DNA of 63,873 bases, counting the filler, from Conidiobolus incongruus B7586 (lineage: Eukaryota): assembly GCA_000697335.1 (NCBI GenBank). It is 24 parts of 24 records of this genome, joined end to end, with 100 filler letters (N's around TTAATTAATTAA, not from the genome) between each part and the next. Parts side by side here need not be neighbours in the genome. Positions count along the whole stretch, not along the records: positions 1 to 4,155 come from JNEM01005592.1; positions 4,256 to 5,285 come from JNEM01005601.1; positions 5,386 to 6,707 come from JNEM01005605.1; positions 6,808 to 20,004 come from JNEM01005608.1; 20 more parts are not named here. One strand, written 5' to 3'. The position numbers and the translations under genes were made by a program. Shown piece after piece: positions 1 through 12,540 of the stretch. The notes below the pieces were generated by a model that worked only from the letters and a program-made list of their open reading frames with translations, was not told where the DNA came from and ran no database searches. Each line of letters begins with the position of its first letter. Position 1 is the first letter of the stretch.

Positions 1-330
1 ATTTTATATAATATTGATAAATTATAATAAGCTAAATATATAAAAGATCTTTGATAAAAATAATTTAAAAAAGGTTTCACTTTTATTATATTTAAAAATT
101 TATAATATATATAGTTAAAATTATTTTAAATAATTAAAAAAAATACTTCAATAGTATTTTCTATATTTAAATTAAATTTTTTAAAATAAATTAATCTTTA
201 GTTTTTGATAAAAGATTAATTAATAAAAAATATAACGCTAATTAAAAATATGGTAAGGAGTTATTAATAATCAAAAAAATATTAATTTTAATAAAATTTA
301 TATTAATAGTTTTATTTAACTTTGATTTTA
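1..330 (+). mobile_element. Highly decayed 3' fragment of a mariner-like element
   Basis: Weak by-eye similarity to the mariner transposase 3' end (e.g. aaaatatggtaaggagttattaataatc vs aaagtatagcaaaaagttattaataat). Confidence 0.4.
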
Positions 331-1182
331 AAATTATATATATATTTAATTTTTGTAATAATAATATATAATTAAATCCTTCATTTTCACTATTGTTAAT
401 AAGTGCTCAAATATTTAAATCTGATGACTGATATTCTTTTATTATATCTATCTATAATTATATTTCATTGAACTTATTTTTACTTTTTGTGAGGTGATCT
501 ATTATTACACCTAATGATTTGAATGCAAAATTTGGTGAGGGTCTTAAGAATGTAGATAATGGTTTCTATGAAAATTTCTATGCAAATTATCCTGAAAATG
601 AGTCAGAAGCAGATTTTTTGGAAAATTAACTATGATTTAAATTAGAAATCCAAATCCTCATATCAACTTAGTATAACTTAGAACCAAATAAATTAATAAT
701 ATATTTACAATAATTATAGTCTGAGTTTATAGATATTTAAATATTAACTGAATAAAGCCCTTATTCAATTGGCCAAAATAATATTTATATATTTTATAAT
801 TTTAATCAAAAGATTAGCTTGAAATATTATAATATTATTAATTTTTTAATTAAAATCAATTATAAAAAACTAGTTTTTTTGTAAAAAATATGATTATAGT
901 TATGTTTAAAAACCATGTCCGTTTTATTACAATATCAAAAATAATTATAAAAAAACTATGTTTTTTAAATATCCATTCTTAAAAAAAAAATTTTTAATAT
1001 TTCAAATAAAGTAAAATTTCATTCCAAATTAAAGTTTTTAAACAAAAAATATTATTTCAAATTGGATTATTTTCATTCCCATAATCTCTCATGTCAATTA
1101 AATATTATAAATTCTCATCTTTGATCTAATTCATTGTGAATAGTTTAAATAATAACAATGAATTAATAATTAGTTGATAATA

Positions 1183-2675
1183 ATGAATAAAAAAGAAAAT
1201 AGAATAGAAGAAACAGCTAATCGAGTTGTGGAAGATAATAGCAAAACTGAGAAAGTAACTAAAGTCGAATCTGACCAGGAAATTACCAAACTTGAACCTA
1301 TAACTAAAGATTCCAACATTTCTAATATTGAAAAAATAAAAGAAATTAAGGAGACTACGGAAACCAATGTTCCAAAATCTCCCATACGATTAAACCTTGA
1401 CGAACTCTTAGACCAAAATTCTAAAATTGAGCCCTTTTCAAATCAGCCTAAACCACACAAAGTAGAATTCTTATGTATTAAGAGAAAGCGGGACGTTGAC
1501 GCAGTTCCTGTATTAGGTAAATAACAACACCATTTAAGATTTTATAGGCTTTTATTAATATTTATATAGTTGTAGATAACGCAAAACGAGGAAGAGAAGA
1601 CAGTAGTGACTTAGGAGCTTCCAAAAGATATGAACTTCAATGCACAACTGAAGGTGAAGCTTTTTTGAAGGGGCTTCCAGATACTGTTAAGGTTAGTTCC
1701 ATTCATTTATTAATTGATTTCAATACTTAACATTATGATTAGAGCACTATTTCCGATTTGGTCGCTGGAAAAGTTAAAGATTTTCCTAAAAGAGATCCAC
1801 TTAAAGAGTTTGAAATTCCTAAACCTGTAAGGATTCGTATATATTTTGTATATATTTCAAAAATAACTAATGCCAATGTTAGATTACTGGTAAAAGGCCT
1901 AGATTCAAAGTAATCAGTAAAGAGGATGTGCCATTCGAAACAAGTCAAAATCCTGTTAGATTATATAATGTCGAATATGACTTTGATTAGTAATTAATAC
2001 CGTTAAAATTTTACTAAATTCAAATACTTACTAACTATATTTAGTAACAACACTACATTCGAGGAACCCTCTTCAAAGCGCCCTATGTCCAAACAAATGT
2101 CAGCCGATTTGGATCTTATGCGCGAATTTCAACAACTTCAACTCGACGAAAGTAACTACGTTTACGATATTTACAGAGTCAACCCCGACAATAATATTAT
2201 TTCCACATCATTCACACCATTTGGTATCCTGAGCATGAATCAATTCGGGGATTCCGATATCGACTTCGAAGACGATTCTGACAGAATGTCGGACGATTAC
2301 GATTCGAACGACGAAAATCACTATGCTAACGACTATCCCGACGAGGATGATGAATTTGGTGATGAAGAGGACTATAACTACGAAGCTTACGATTCTATGT
2401 ACGAGGATGATGATGAGCACGGAAATCATTTCGCATTCGCAAGATCAAAGCACTCTATGGTTAGAGATATGTATGACCATGATTTGTATCATGATATTGG
2501 ATCATCAAGCAAATTTAATCATTATGACGATTATAAGATGGATTATGAGGATGACAATGACTTCGATGATGAGGATGAGGAAGATAATTCGGCGTTTTAT
2601 GGAGCTAGAATTACCAGAGTTATTGATAATGATTATGATCAAAGTAATGGCTATGGGTTAGATTATGATGATTAG
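1183..2675 (+). CDS. IWR1: IWR1-like RNA polymerase II nuclear import factor; 5 exons, join(1183..1516,1570..1691,1743..1826,1883..1989,2045..2675), 425 aa
   Basis: Four GT..AG introns of 51-56 nt join the ORF-track pieces into one open frame of 1278 nt. The basic motif IKRKRDVDAVPVLVV and the signature YVYDIY...DDYDSNDENHYANDYPDED inside an acidic tract are typical of Iwr1. An additional upstream exon cannot be excluded. Confidence 0.85.
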
Positions 2676-3299
2676 ATGATTTAATTCTTGAATAATTTAA
2701 CAATATTTATTTTAATATGATTAAATGATTGTATATAATTTATATTTCTAATGATACAGTTTTTCGAATCATAAAATCAAGTTTTATCTATTAATTTCAT
2801 AACTTTATAAATTACAAATTTTAATTTTTAAAGTCTGTGTCAAGTAATGATATAGTTATTAAATAATCTCTGATTATTCATTATTAAATTGATATTAACT
2901 TGAAAAATTTTTGTTAACATTTGATGCAATTAAGGTTTCTGTTTTGAGTAAAATCATTAAATTATTTACCAATTCATTGATTTGATATTATTCAAGATTC
3001 AGTTACCAAACATATCAAATTATACCAAATTGCTAACCATGCTTGTTATTAAAAGATTTTGATAATGTTGCTGGCCTGTTTACCTATTACGATATATCAA
3101 TAAGGGTATGGATTTAATCAAATTTTTAGAAAGCATATATTCTTACTAGTTCCTTGATTGAGTTTTTTCAAAATAAATATTCAACTGAGTTATAAGTATA
3201 ACACTGAATAATTATATTCTTATTAGTATTGATTTAATAGATTTTGAATTAAATCCAATATATTGCTATATAAATTAAACAATAAAACAATTTTAAAAT

Positions 3300-4380
3300 C
3301 AAAATTAATTTTAATTATTATTAATATGAATTATAAAAATAGATAAACAATAAAAAATAGATATTTTTTTATTAATCATAACCTATTTGTTATATTTTCA
3401 ACAAATTTATAATACTTAAAAAACAATTCTTTTTATTGAAGACTAAAATCTGTTATTTAATCAACTAATTAAATTTATTTAAAAATCTTTTCTTATAAGT
3501 TTATTTTTTAATTTGCTGAAGTAATAATAATTATTTTCAGTTATAATATAGAGAATATACTAGATATATTAGGTTTTTCCAAATTTTTATATAGAACATC
3601 TTTTATTATTTTATATATTTTATATTTATTTATAAATTAATAAGTATAATTAATATATAATTAAACCACTAATTAGAGATTATTTTATTTATAATAAAAT
3701 ATAAAACTAATTATAAATTTATCTTTAAAAATTAAAATATTACCATGTTTGATTATAAAAAATTATAGCAATTAATAATCACTAATATTTAAACTGATTA
3801 TTTATTAAAATTTATAAGAATAATTATTTTAGCTTAAAATTTTATTTTGTTTATTAAAATAAAAATAATATAAAGTAATAATTATTTTTAATTATATTTT
3901 AATAAATTTTATTTAATTATAATTAAACTGGCTTTTTAAGTTTTTGTTATATTAAAAACCATTTATTTTATATATTTATAAACTAAACCAAGTTTAAATT
4001 CTAATATATACAATAAACCTATATATTTATCATTTTATTTTTTGATTATTATTAATATATTTTTTATTTAAATAATAGGAAATAATTTAATAATAAAAAT
4101 TAAACTTTTAAATTTTAATAAATTTTGAATAATATTCCTTTTAACTTTAAAATTANNNNNNNNNNNNNNNNNNNNNNNNNNNNNNNNNNNNNNNNNNNNT
4201 TAATTAATTAANNNNNNNNNNNNNNNNNNNNNNNNNNNNNNNNNNNNNNNNNNNNATTATTATATATATAGTTAATATATATTAATATCTTTTTATATTT
4301 TATATATAATATATGTTTAAAAAAATAATATACTTAATAGTTCAGAAATTGATAATTTATTATTTTTTCTTTTTGAAAAC
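3300..4380 (-). mobile_element. Decayed mariner (DD34D) copy, interrupted by an assembly gap
   Basis: 3410-3600 matches the 59820-60050 copy (aaaaaacaattctttttattgaagactaaaatc...cttataag...gttataatatagagaatatactag). Boundaries are approximate. Confidence 0.6.
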
Positions 4381-4690
4381 AAAATATTATTATATTGAAT
4401 TAATATCAATAAATTTTATTAAATTTATAAATTTTAAAACTCTAATAATCTTAAAAAAATAAACCTATTTCTAGTTTGATTTGATTGCCTTAATTGGTAG
4501 TTTATAACAAATATAAATCAGATTATTTTTGTTTTTTAAGCAAAAGTTATATATTATTATATAATATATTTAAAAACTATATTTTATTTGAATTTAAATA
4601 TATTAAATTAAGGTATTATAATATTTATAAATTACAAAATAAAAATATATTAATATTTTATTTTATATTTATATTTCCACTTATAATATA

Positions 4691-5088
4691 TATTATAAAT
4701 TTAGTTCTTTAAATTCTTATATATACTTTTATATAGTTTAATTAACTATAAATTATATAGTTAATTTATATTTTTATAGCTAAATTAATTATATAAATAT
4801 TATTAAATTATATAATAAACTAAGTTTCTCTTTTTTTTTTAATTTTTATTATTTATTATTTTTTTATTATTTCTAAGATTAAATCTATATTCTATCAATA
4901 TTATAGTATATTGGCATTACCTAATATAAATCTTATTATATTAATGACTTATCTTAGTTTGAAACTTAATTAAACTTTGTTTATATTTGCATACTATATT
5001 CCATGTTACCTTATTATATTTTGTGCTATATTACTTTTATTTTGAGTTTTCCTTTATATTATACTGGTATTTTACCATTATACTTATA
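4691..5088 (+). mobile_element. Solo LTR, family C (~398 bp)
   Basis: Homologous to 43353-43751 (core ggcattacctaatataaatctta...gacttatc..agttt.aa.cttaattaaac). Termini TG..CA are mutated to TA..TA. Flanked by atata/atata. Confidence 0.7.
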
Positions 5089-5385
5089 ATATAGTTATTT
5101 TTTTAATTTAAATATTAATTATTTAATATTTTTTTATTTTGTCATTATTAATTCTTAACTCAAATTTTAATAAAGTAATTTAATTTATAAATAATAAATT
5201 AAATTATATTTTAATAAAATTTGAAATTAGTTTTATAAATAAAAATTTCAAAATAAATATTATATATTTAATAAAATATTATAAANNNNNNNNNNNNNNN
5301 NNNNNNNNNNNNNNNNNNNNNNNNNNNNNTTAATTAATTAANNNNNNNNNNNNNNNNNNNNNNNNNNNNNNNNNNNNNNNNNNNN

Positions 5386-6702
5386 TTTTTCTTTTGTTAT
5401 ATTATATATATTATAAAACTATTAAGCTAATATTTTAAAATTAATATTATAATATTTAAATCTCTCTCTAAAAAAGTTCACTTATATATTAATCAACTTT
5501 ATAATGAAAATATATCAACTTATGAGATTGCTAAAATTATTAGTGCTAGCTAATCTATTATAGTTAGGGTTATTAAGAACAATGCTAAAAAAACACCTAA
5601 ACCAAAACTTAAGTGTGTTAGAATTATAAATAAACATGATGAAAAGTATATTTGTAGATTAGTTAGTATAGGTAGGTATAATATTACTATAGAAGTATAA
5701 CAAGAATTATAAGACTATACAAGAATATTAGTTAGTACTAATACTATTATATATGTTTTACATTAGTATAGATACTACTTACACTTTAAGAAAAAACATC
5801 CCCAACTAAAGAAGTTTTATTATAAAGCTAGGTAAGAGTTTAAATGTCAACACTAAAGTTAAATTAAAACTAATTAGAGTAAGGTTATTTAATCTAATGA
5901 AACAAAAATATATTTTAATAAATTTAATAGAAGAGCTAGATGTTTTAAAAAAGATAAAAAACTACTTTATAACTATTATGTTATTATAACCCAAAAATAC
6001 AATAGTGGGTTAATTATAATTTAAAGATATATGTTATCTTTAGGTGTAAGGTATTTTTATAAGGTTGATAAGGGAATTAATACTAAAATATACTAAAGTA
6101 TTCTAAATAATAATTTAAAAAAAACTATTGAGTGGTATAGATTAAAAAAAAAATAAATATTATTTTCTAACAAGATAATACACCTTGTTATACTACAAAT
6201 TCTATTATTAAATAGCTTAAAAATAACAAAATAACTATTATGAAATAACCTCTTCAATCTCCTAATTTTAACCTAATTAAATATCTTTGGGATCAACTAA
6301 AAAAATTAATTAAAGCTTTCCCTTTAACAAAATATTTAAATCAACTTTAAAAGTATATTTAAGAAACTTAGAATAATATTAGTCTTGCTTAATATAAGAA
6401 ACTAGTTAACTTTATATCCTATAAACTTAAAGAAGTTAGAAAAGCAAAAGATAGATATATTAAATATTAATTTTTCTATCAATATTAAAACTTGCAAATT
6501 TATAACTTATCTTAAGTATATTTTTAGTATTAATATATCAATTAATAATTAATTAAATTTAACTATATTTATTATATTATAAATAAAAAATATATATTAA
6601 TTATATAGTTTAATATAAATTTATTTAAATTAGAGTTAATTAAGATATTAATAAAAATATATATATTTTTAATTTTATTACTTACTTTTATAAGTTAGTG
6701 TA
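5386..6702 (+). mobile_element. Tc1-family (DD34E) DNA transposon, pseudogenised transposase 5452-6470, right TIR ending at 6700 + TA
   Basis: Conceptual translation KVI*SNETKI ... IF*QDNTPCY ... *PLQSPNFNLIKYLW ... KAKDRYIKY* corresponds to the Tc1 motifs WSDETKI, FQQDNAPCH, WPPQSPDLNPIEHLW and AKGG.TKY. There are exactly 34 residues between the second D and the E position. Confidence 0.9.
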
Positions 6703-7862
6703 TATATNNNNNNNNNNNNNNNNNNNNNNNNNNNNNNNNNNNNNNNNNNNNTTAATTAATTAANNNNNNNNNNNNNNNNNNNNNNNNNNNNNNNNNNNNN
6801 NNNNNNNTTTTAATATATTTATTTTAATTATAATCAAGTATTTGAAATTATTAAAAATATATTTTAACAAGTATTCAATTGTATTAAAATTGATTTAAAA
6901 ATAGCATCTTTTTTATTAATTTTATATTTAATTCATAATTATTAAAATTTATATTAGTATAATTTAATCAAATAAATAATGAGGTTAACCAGTTATTTTT
7001 ATAATGATTATTTCTATATATTGTGATTTATTTAATATTTTTATTATAAAAATTTTTTATACAAGTTTAATAATAAAATTTTTAACTTTTTGATTGGTTT
7101 AATAATATTAATTTTTAATTATTATAATTTAATTCAATGTAAAATAATATAATTAAAATCATTTTAAATTGGATAAATATGATAGAATAATTATCGAATG
7201 ATAATATCCATTATATTATTAGATATATTAAATAATATTAATTGAATTATATTAGTATTTATATTACTAATATTTCCTAATTAAGTTATAATAGATTATA
7301 GTATTAATTTATTAATTTAGTTAATTTTAATTTATGATTTTAGAATATATATATACATATATATATATAAATGTATATAATATTTTAATTTTATATGTAT
7401 ATTGAAATCAATTTTTTATATTATTTTAATTAAACTAAATTTTTTATTGGTGAATTTGAATCAATATTTACAGAATTGATCCCTTAAATTCCCCTGAATA
7501 ATTAGGGTTTGATTGGTTAATGAAATTGCTTTTTTGAATTTTTATTGATTAAATAATACAAAAGTTGAGAATATTTGGATAGTGGAATCACTATCAAATT
7601 ACTGATCATCAATCATCGAAACTTATTTTAAACAAATAAATGCGTAAGAATTGGTGAAATTTTAAGTAAAAAAACTTTAAGTCTGTGAGAATTTGTTACT
7701 ACAATAATATTTGATTTAAATAAAATTAATATTTTTAATGCTTTTTATTAAATCAATTAATAATTAAAAAGAATAATCAAAATCCTTTTTTTTCAAATAA
7801 AATTAATAATACATTTGAAATTTTTTTTGTTCACTTAATTTTGATTTTGATGGATTTTGTTG

Positions 7863-9050
7863 TTATACAAGGTTAAAATTTTCAAGACAAGGACTTATTA
7901 ATCCTTCTAAGTCAATTCCCATTTCTCCTTGCTGTCCTTGCGTCGTCATTTGAGACAATTGGTCGTGCGGGAAATTGGAAAAGTATGGGGAGCTATGGGG
8001 TTGAACCAGAGCAATTGGACTCTGAAGAGCATGATGCGGCGTATACATCGTGCTGGGTGAAGAATATGCGTGGTTCATCATTGGTAAGCTATTATGATGA
8101 CTGGCTCCTGGGACATTAAATGGGTTATAAGGGCCAAATCCTCGGTCAAATGATCTCTCAAAACTCTTATCAAGCGCATGGCGATGAATCCTTAAGTGTT
8201 GGTTAAGATTGTCGCTACGGCTAAATTTCTTGGTACATCCAGGATAAGGGCAAGGGAATGGCTTTTCTAGGGTGTGGATTGATCTGATATGGCGCTTAAG
8301 ATGCTCACTGCGCTTAAATGTCTTATTACATCCTTCAAAATCACAATCAAATTGCTTTGGAGGAGTTGGAACAGCATTTGCTTTGCGACCTCTGCCGCGT
8401 TTGGGTTTGCCGCGAGCAGGCTGTGTATCAATTTGCTCGCTTAGCGTGTTTCCCGAAGAGAAAAGTGGTGCAGTGTTAGGAGGATGAGGATATAGCTCGT
8501 TGCGAAGAGGAGAAGACACATTCAATGTGAGTTTTGGTGGAAAATGGGGAGTCATTGTACTAGCGCAAGATGAGGCGGGAGGAGCTAGTCCAAAGCAGGT
8601 AGCAGGGACTGAGACTGGGCTGGAACTGGTTCTGGCCATGTCATAGCTTGGTTGAGATGAAGCAACTAAAGCAGCGGCCTCGAGCTCGGTACTTGCCATC
8701 ATATGTGTGAGATGGGGCATATCAAATGGTGAGCGAGGAGGGCTTGGAATGAGATCCAAATCTAAGAATTGGGCCGCGGATAGATCGACCATACTGGTTT
8801 TGAGCATGGGGTCAAGCTGAGCCATCTGCTTGTTTGGAGAGTTGGGTATCGAGTTGGATTTGTTATTATTTTCCATTTGAGTCAAGAGCATGTCAGTCTG
8901 TTGGAAGAAATTAGGATCACCAGTATGATCGAAGGAAATATCGATGGTTGGATTGGATGTTGAAGATGTTATGGGATGAGAGGCATCTTGATGGATGTTG
9001 TTCGTAACATTATTGTTGACAATGTATTGATTCATAATAGGCATCTCCAT
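7863..9050 (-). CDS. C2H2 zinc-finger transcription factor of the Msn2/Msn4/Seb1 (STRE-binding) type, single exon, 395 aa
   Basis: Two tandem fingers [54 protein letters not shown] carry [13 protein letters not shown] recognition helices. A basic NLS-like stretch ([11 protein letters not shown]) and Ser/Pro-rich low-complexity regions are present. Composition is much more GC-rich than the flanks. Confidence 0.9.
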   Translation of the reverse strand: MEMPIMNQYIVNNNVTNNIHQDASHPITSSTSNPTIDISFDHTGDPNFFQQTDMLLTQMENNNKSNSIPNSPNKQMAQLDPMLKTSMVDLSAAQFLDLDLIPSPPRSPFDMPHLTHMMASTELEAAALVASSQPSYDMARTSSSPVSVPATCFGLAPPASSCASTMTPHFPPKLTLNVSSPLRNELYPHPPNTAPLFSSGNTLSEQIDTQPARGKPKRGRGRKANAVPTPPKQFDCDFEGCNKTFKRSEHLKRHIRSIHTLEKPFPCPYPGCTKKFSRSDNLNQHLRIHRHALDKSFERSFDRGFGPYNPFNVPGASHHNSLPMMNHAYSSPSTMYTPHHALQSPIALVQPHSSPYFSNFPHDQLSQMTTQGQQGEMGIDLEGLISPCLENFNLV

Positions 9051-9097
9051 TTTAGAGTTTGTAATAACAGATAATTATTAAAGTGATACTTTGTTGA

Positions 9098-9649
9098 AGG
9101 GGGTAAGTATTAGTGAAATATGATAAAGGGGTATGACAAAGTAACGTGGAAAAAAAGTCAAATAATAACAATAAAACAGGTTGAAATACTGGAAATGAAA
9201 GATATTTTTTGTTAAATAAATTCAAATAGCAAAACTACACACAGTCTGCTGGTCAGAATATTAACAAAGCAAAATAAATATTAAAATGTTTGAAAAATTT
9301 GATTTAGAAAGCGAAATAATCAATTCGAGTTGATATTGAAAAATTGAGGAGAATTAATTAGTATTTATACTCGGCTCACCTCAAAATCTGGCTTAAAGTA
9401 TAGAAGTGAAACAGTTCTAGCTCAAATTAACACCCATCCATTTGAATTCAATTAATTTTTATTATTTGTAACTACATTGAGATGTGGTTCGAATTGCTTT
9501 ATGCTAATTGGCTAGCTTGATTAGGGAATCGAGAGTTCAAAGAATGAACCAACTGATCCAATGAATGGTTGAAAGTTTGGTTTAGCTTCAATAAATTGCA
9601 CATCATTTTAACGATCCAATCAAACCAAATAATTGTTCAGACGAAGGGG
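9098..9649. promoter_or_regulatory. Three STRE-like AGGGG/CCCCT sites upstream of the Msn2-like gene
   Basis: AGGGG at 9098-9102, 9127-9131 and 9645-9649, within 600 nt of the start codon in an AT-rich background. Confidence 0.35.
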
Positions 9650-12499
9650 TTGACTTAAATCAGGTCTTACTCAATATTTCTAAAATTGATATTATTTCCA
9701 AAATACAGATTTGGATTAAAATCAATAATTTTAAAGAACAATCTTTGATTTATATTTGAGTTTGATTTGATTTCATTTTTAAATATTTAATTAGTGGTTA
9801 GTGTAGTACAAGCAACAAATTAATAACAAGAATTGCAACAACATTTTATTAGTACTAATTGGTGATTAAAATATTAATTTTATATTCTTGATTTTAACTT
9901 AATAAAGATTAATTATATTAATAATTGGTTCATTAGTCAAAATATCAATCAATTTAGTCGACCAAAATATAAATTATTTAACTAGATATGATTATTCAAA
10001 TAAAATAATAAAATTATAAAAATTTTGGTTAATATCATATATAATAATCTCAAAATCTATATCAAGTTAAATTTAAATATCCTCTTTCTCAATACACTCG
10101 AAATAGTGTTTCATATTAGAATATTTTTTTCTGATTTTTATAGCTCAAATAATAACTTATCTATATTTTACCTTAGGTTTCGATCATTTTGCGGTAATTA
10201 CTTCCTTAAATAGGTTCTAAATATATATATTTAGATATCTTTGCATTATATAATATACTAAGTTATATGATTACGTATTAATAATATAATTTAATATATT
10301 ATATAATATAATATAGCAAAGTTATATCTTAAAGTATATTTATTGTATGGCCAATTAACAAATTGATTTCTGGGAAATCAATATGAAATATAGGCTAATT
10401 GATTAGTTCAACTTAATTTGACCAATTAAAATTAACTTTTGTCTGTTTGAATTATTTAGATAGTATTCAATTGAAGCTAGTTGGAATATAAACTTAAAAC
10501 TGAATTCAAGAAGATTTATATAATATAATATTCAAATAACGAATATAATATCATACAATATTATTTATTGCTGAATACTTTAATATTTATAAATTTTTAT
10601 TTATCTCAATATTCAATATTTGCTCTTATATTTTATTTGTGATAGTAGGTAGTTTGATAAGGAAATGGGATATTGAACTAATATAGAAATTTTATTCATT
10701 AACCAATCATAACTGTTTGAATTGAATAGAAATTGAGGTTGAAGTTGATTCAATCAAAAATAGTTCTCTTTGAGATACTCAAATGGTGGTGATAAATCCA
10801 ATTTTTTGAATTGTTTAATAATATATCCATCAATTCATCAAACTTTTGGTAATAATATTGTATAATTAAGTTTATATATATGTTCTAATTTTTTATTATT
10901 GAATTATTTTATTAATGAAAAATCTAATTGAATATCAAAATTCAATTCAAAGTAAACAAATTCAATTTTATTTGTAATTAAATATTTATTCAAAATTACT
11001 ATTGGAATAAATATTAACTCAACAAAATTTTTTTTATAATAATTAATTAAGATAAATATATATATATATATATATTTTGTTCAAAAGATGGATACTTAAT
11101 TTAATACTCGCCTAAATATTTTGAACTAAAGTATATTAATAATACAAATATTAAAATCTTTTACCAAGAACCATTATATGAGTTCATTTTTGGTCTAATG
11201 TAATCTCGACTTTGTCTAATATTCGGCAATGAGTATTATACAATTTCTTGTCCAATGATATCAACTTGAATTCATATCCTCACAAACAAATAATATTCAA
11301 ATACTTTGAATAAAATTTGAATAAATATGTTATAATATAATTACATATCATTATATTATAAAACATTTTGATTAATGTTAACATCAAGACATTATATATA
11401 TATATATATATGTTAATATTCTTACTTTATTCTGTATTAAAATTATTTTGAACAAAATTATAATTTTATGAAAAATGATTTGATTGAATCTAGATCAAAA
11501 TCAATCAAATAATCAAAATATAAAATTGTTAAATCAAAAATACAAATATAATTATAGTGTTAAACTTATTATTATTCTTATTATATTATCTAAAAGTCAA
11601 ATATTTTAAGAAATATAATTGTTTTTATGGTTTAAGATTTTTTTTAAATAAATAGTAGATATATTTTACTCAACTTGGAAAATACCAAAATTGCTCAATT
11701 ATAACTGGTAATATATTATAAAGTTGAGTATTATTCAAGTTTTTAATTTCGCTTAAAAAATATTTTGATTAAATAATATTAATAAAAATTTTCACAAAAA
11801 CTGATTCAATTAAAAATTTAATATAAATTGATAATACAACAAATATATAAATTTTCATGTTATCTCAATAGGGCTATACTAATTCAATTTAATTATTTAA
11901 TAATATACAAAAATCAAGTTTAATCTAGTTTTAATTAATTGCTTTATTTTTCTACCCATTAAATAATAGCATTTAAAGGTTCAAAAAAATATCATTTTCT
12001 ATTCGATATTATATTTATAATGAAGATAATATTTAAATTCAAAATAAACATTACAAACATATAAATATATATATATATTGATTGTCATTTTGAGAACTGG
12101 ATATGAATATTAAATGATAGCTATAATATAATAACCAAATATAATATTATATTCAAATATGTTTTCAATTTCAAAAATTAAATATTTCAATATATTTGAT
12201 GTAAGGAATAGCACTGATATTGAATATGTTTAATCCCTTAAATTAACATGCAATAAGTATGGTGACAAGATCTAGATAATATTCAAATTTTGATCCCTTA
12301 ATCTTAGACAATTTTGGTTTCAATTAAATTCTTTTCAAATTTTCTTTAATAAATTGGTAAATTATTGAATACATTTATTGATAAATTATTAAGTAATTTA
12401 ATATATACCTATGTTGGAATGAAATCATTTAATCCAAATCAATATTATTAATGCAATTTTTTTAGATCTATACCTTGCGAAGTGGCTATGATACTATCC

Positions 12500-12540
12500 A
12501 CATCAAATACATCAAATACATCAAATACATCAAATACATA
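12500..12540. repeat. Tandem repeat (CATCAAATA)x4
   Basis: Four perfect 9-nt units at 12501-12536 plus a partial unit. Confidence 0.9.

Noticed and set aside
1170..2661. ORFs 1170-1385(-), 1739-1948(-), 2208-2429(-) and 2323-2661(+)
   Set aside because: Antisense or alternative-frame shadows of the IWR1 exons.
5452..6470. Alternative genetic code (TAA/TAG read as Gln/Trp) to explain in-frame stops in transposases
   Set aside because: Stop positions differ between copies, catalytic residues are also destroyed by G>A, and host genes terminate at TAA/TAG normally.
8272..8487. ORF 8272-8487(+)
   Set aside because: Antisense shadow of the zinc-finger gene.
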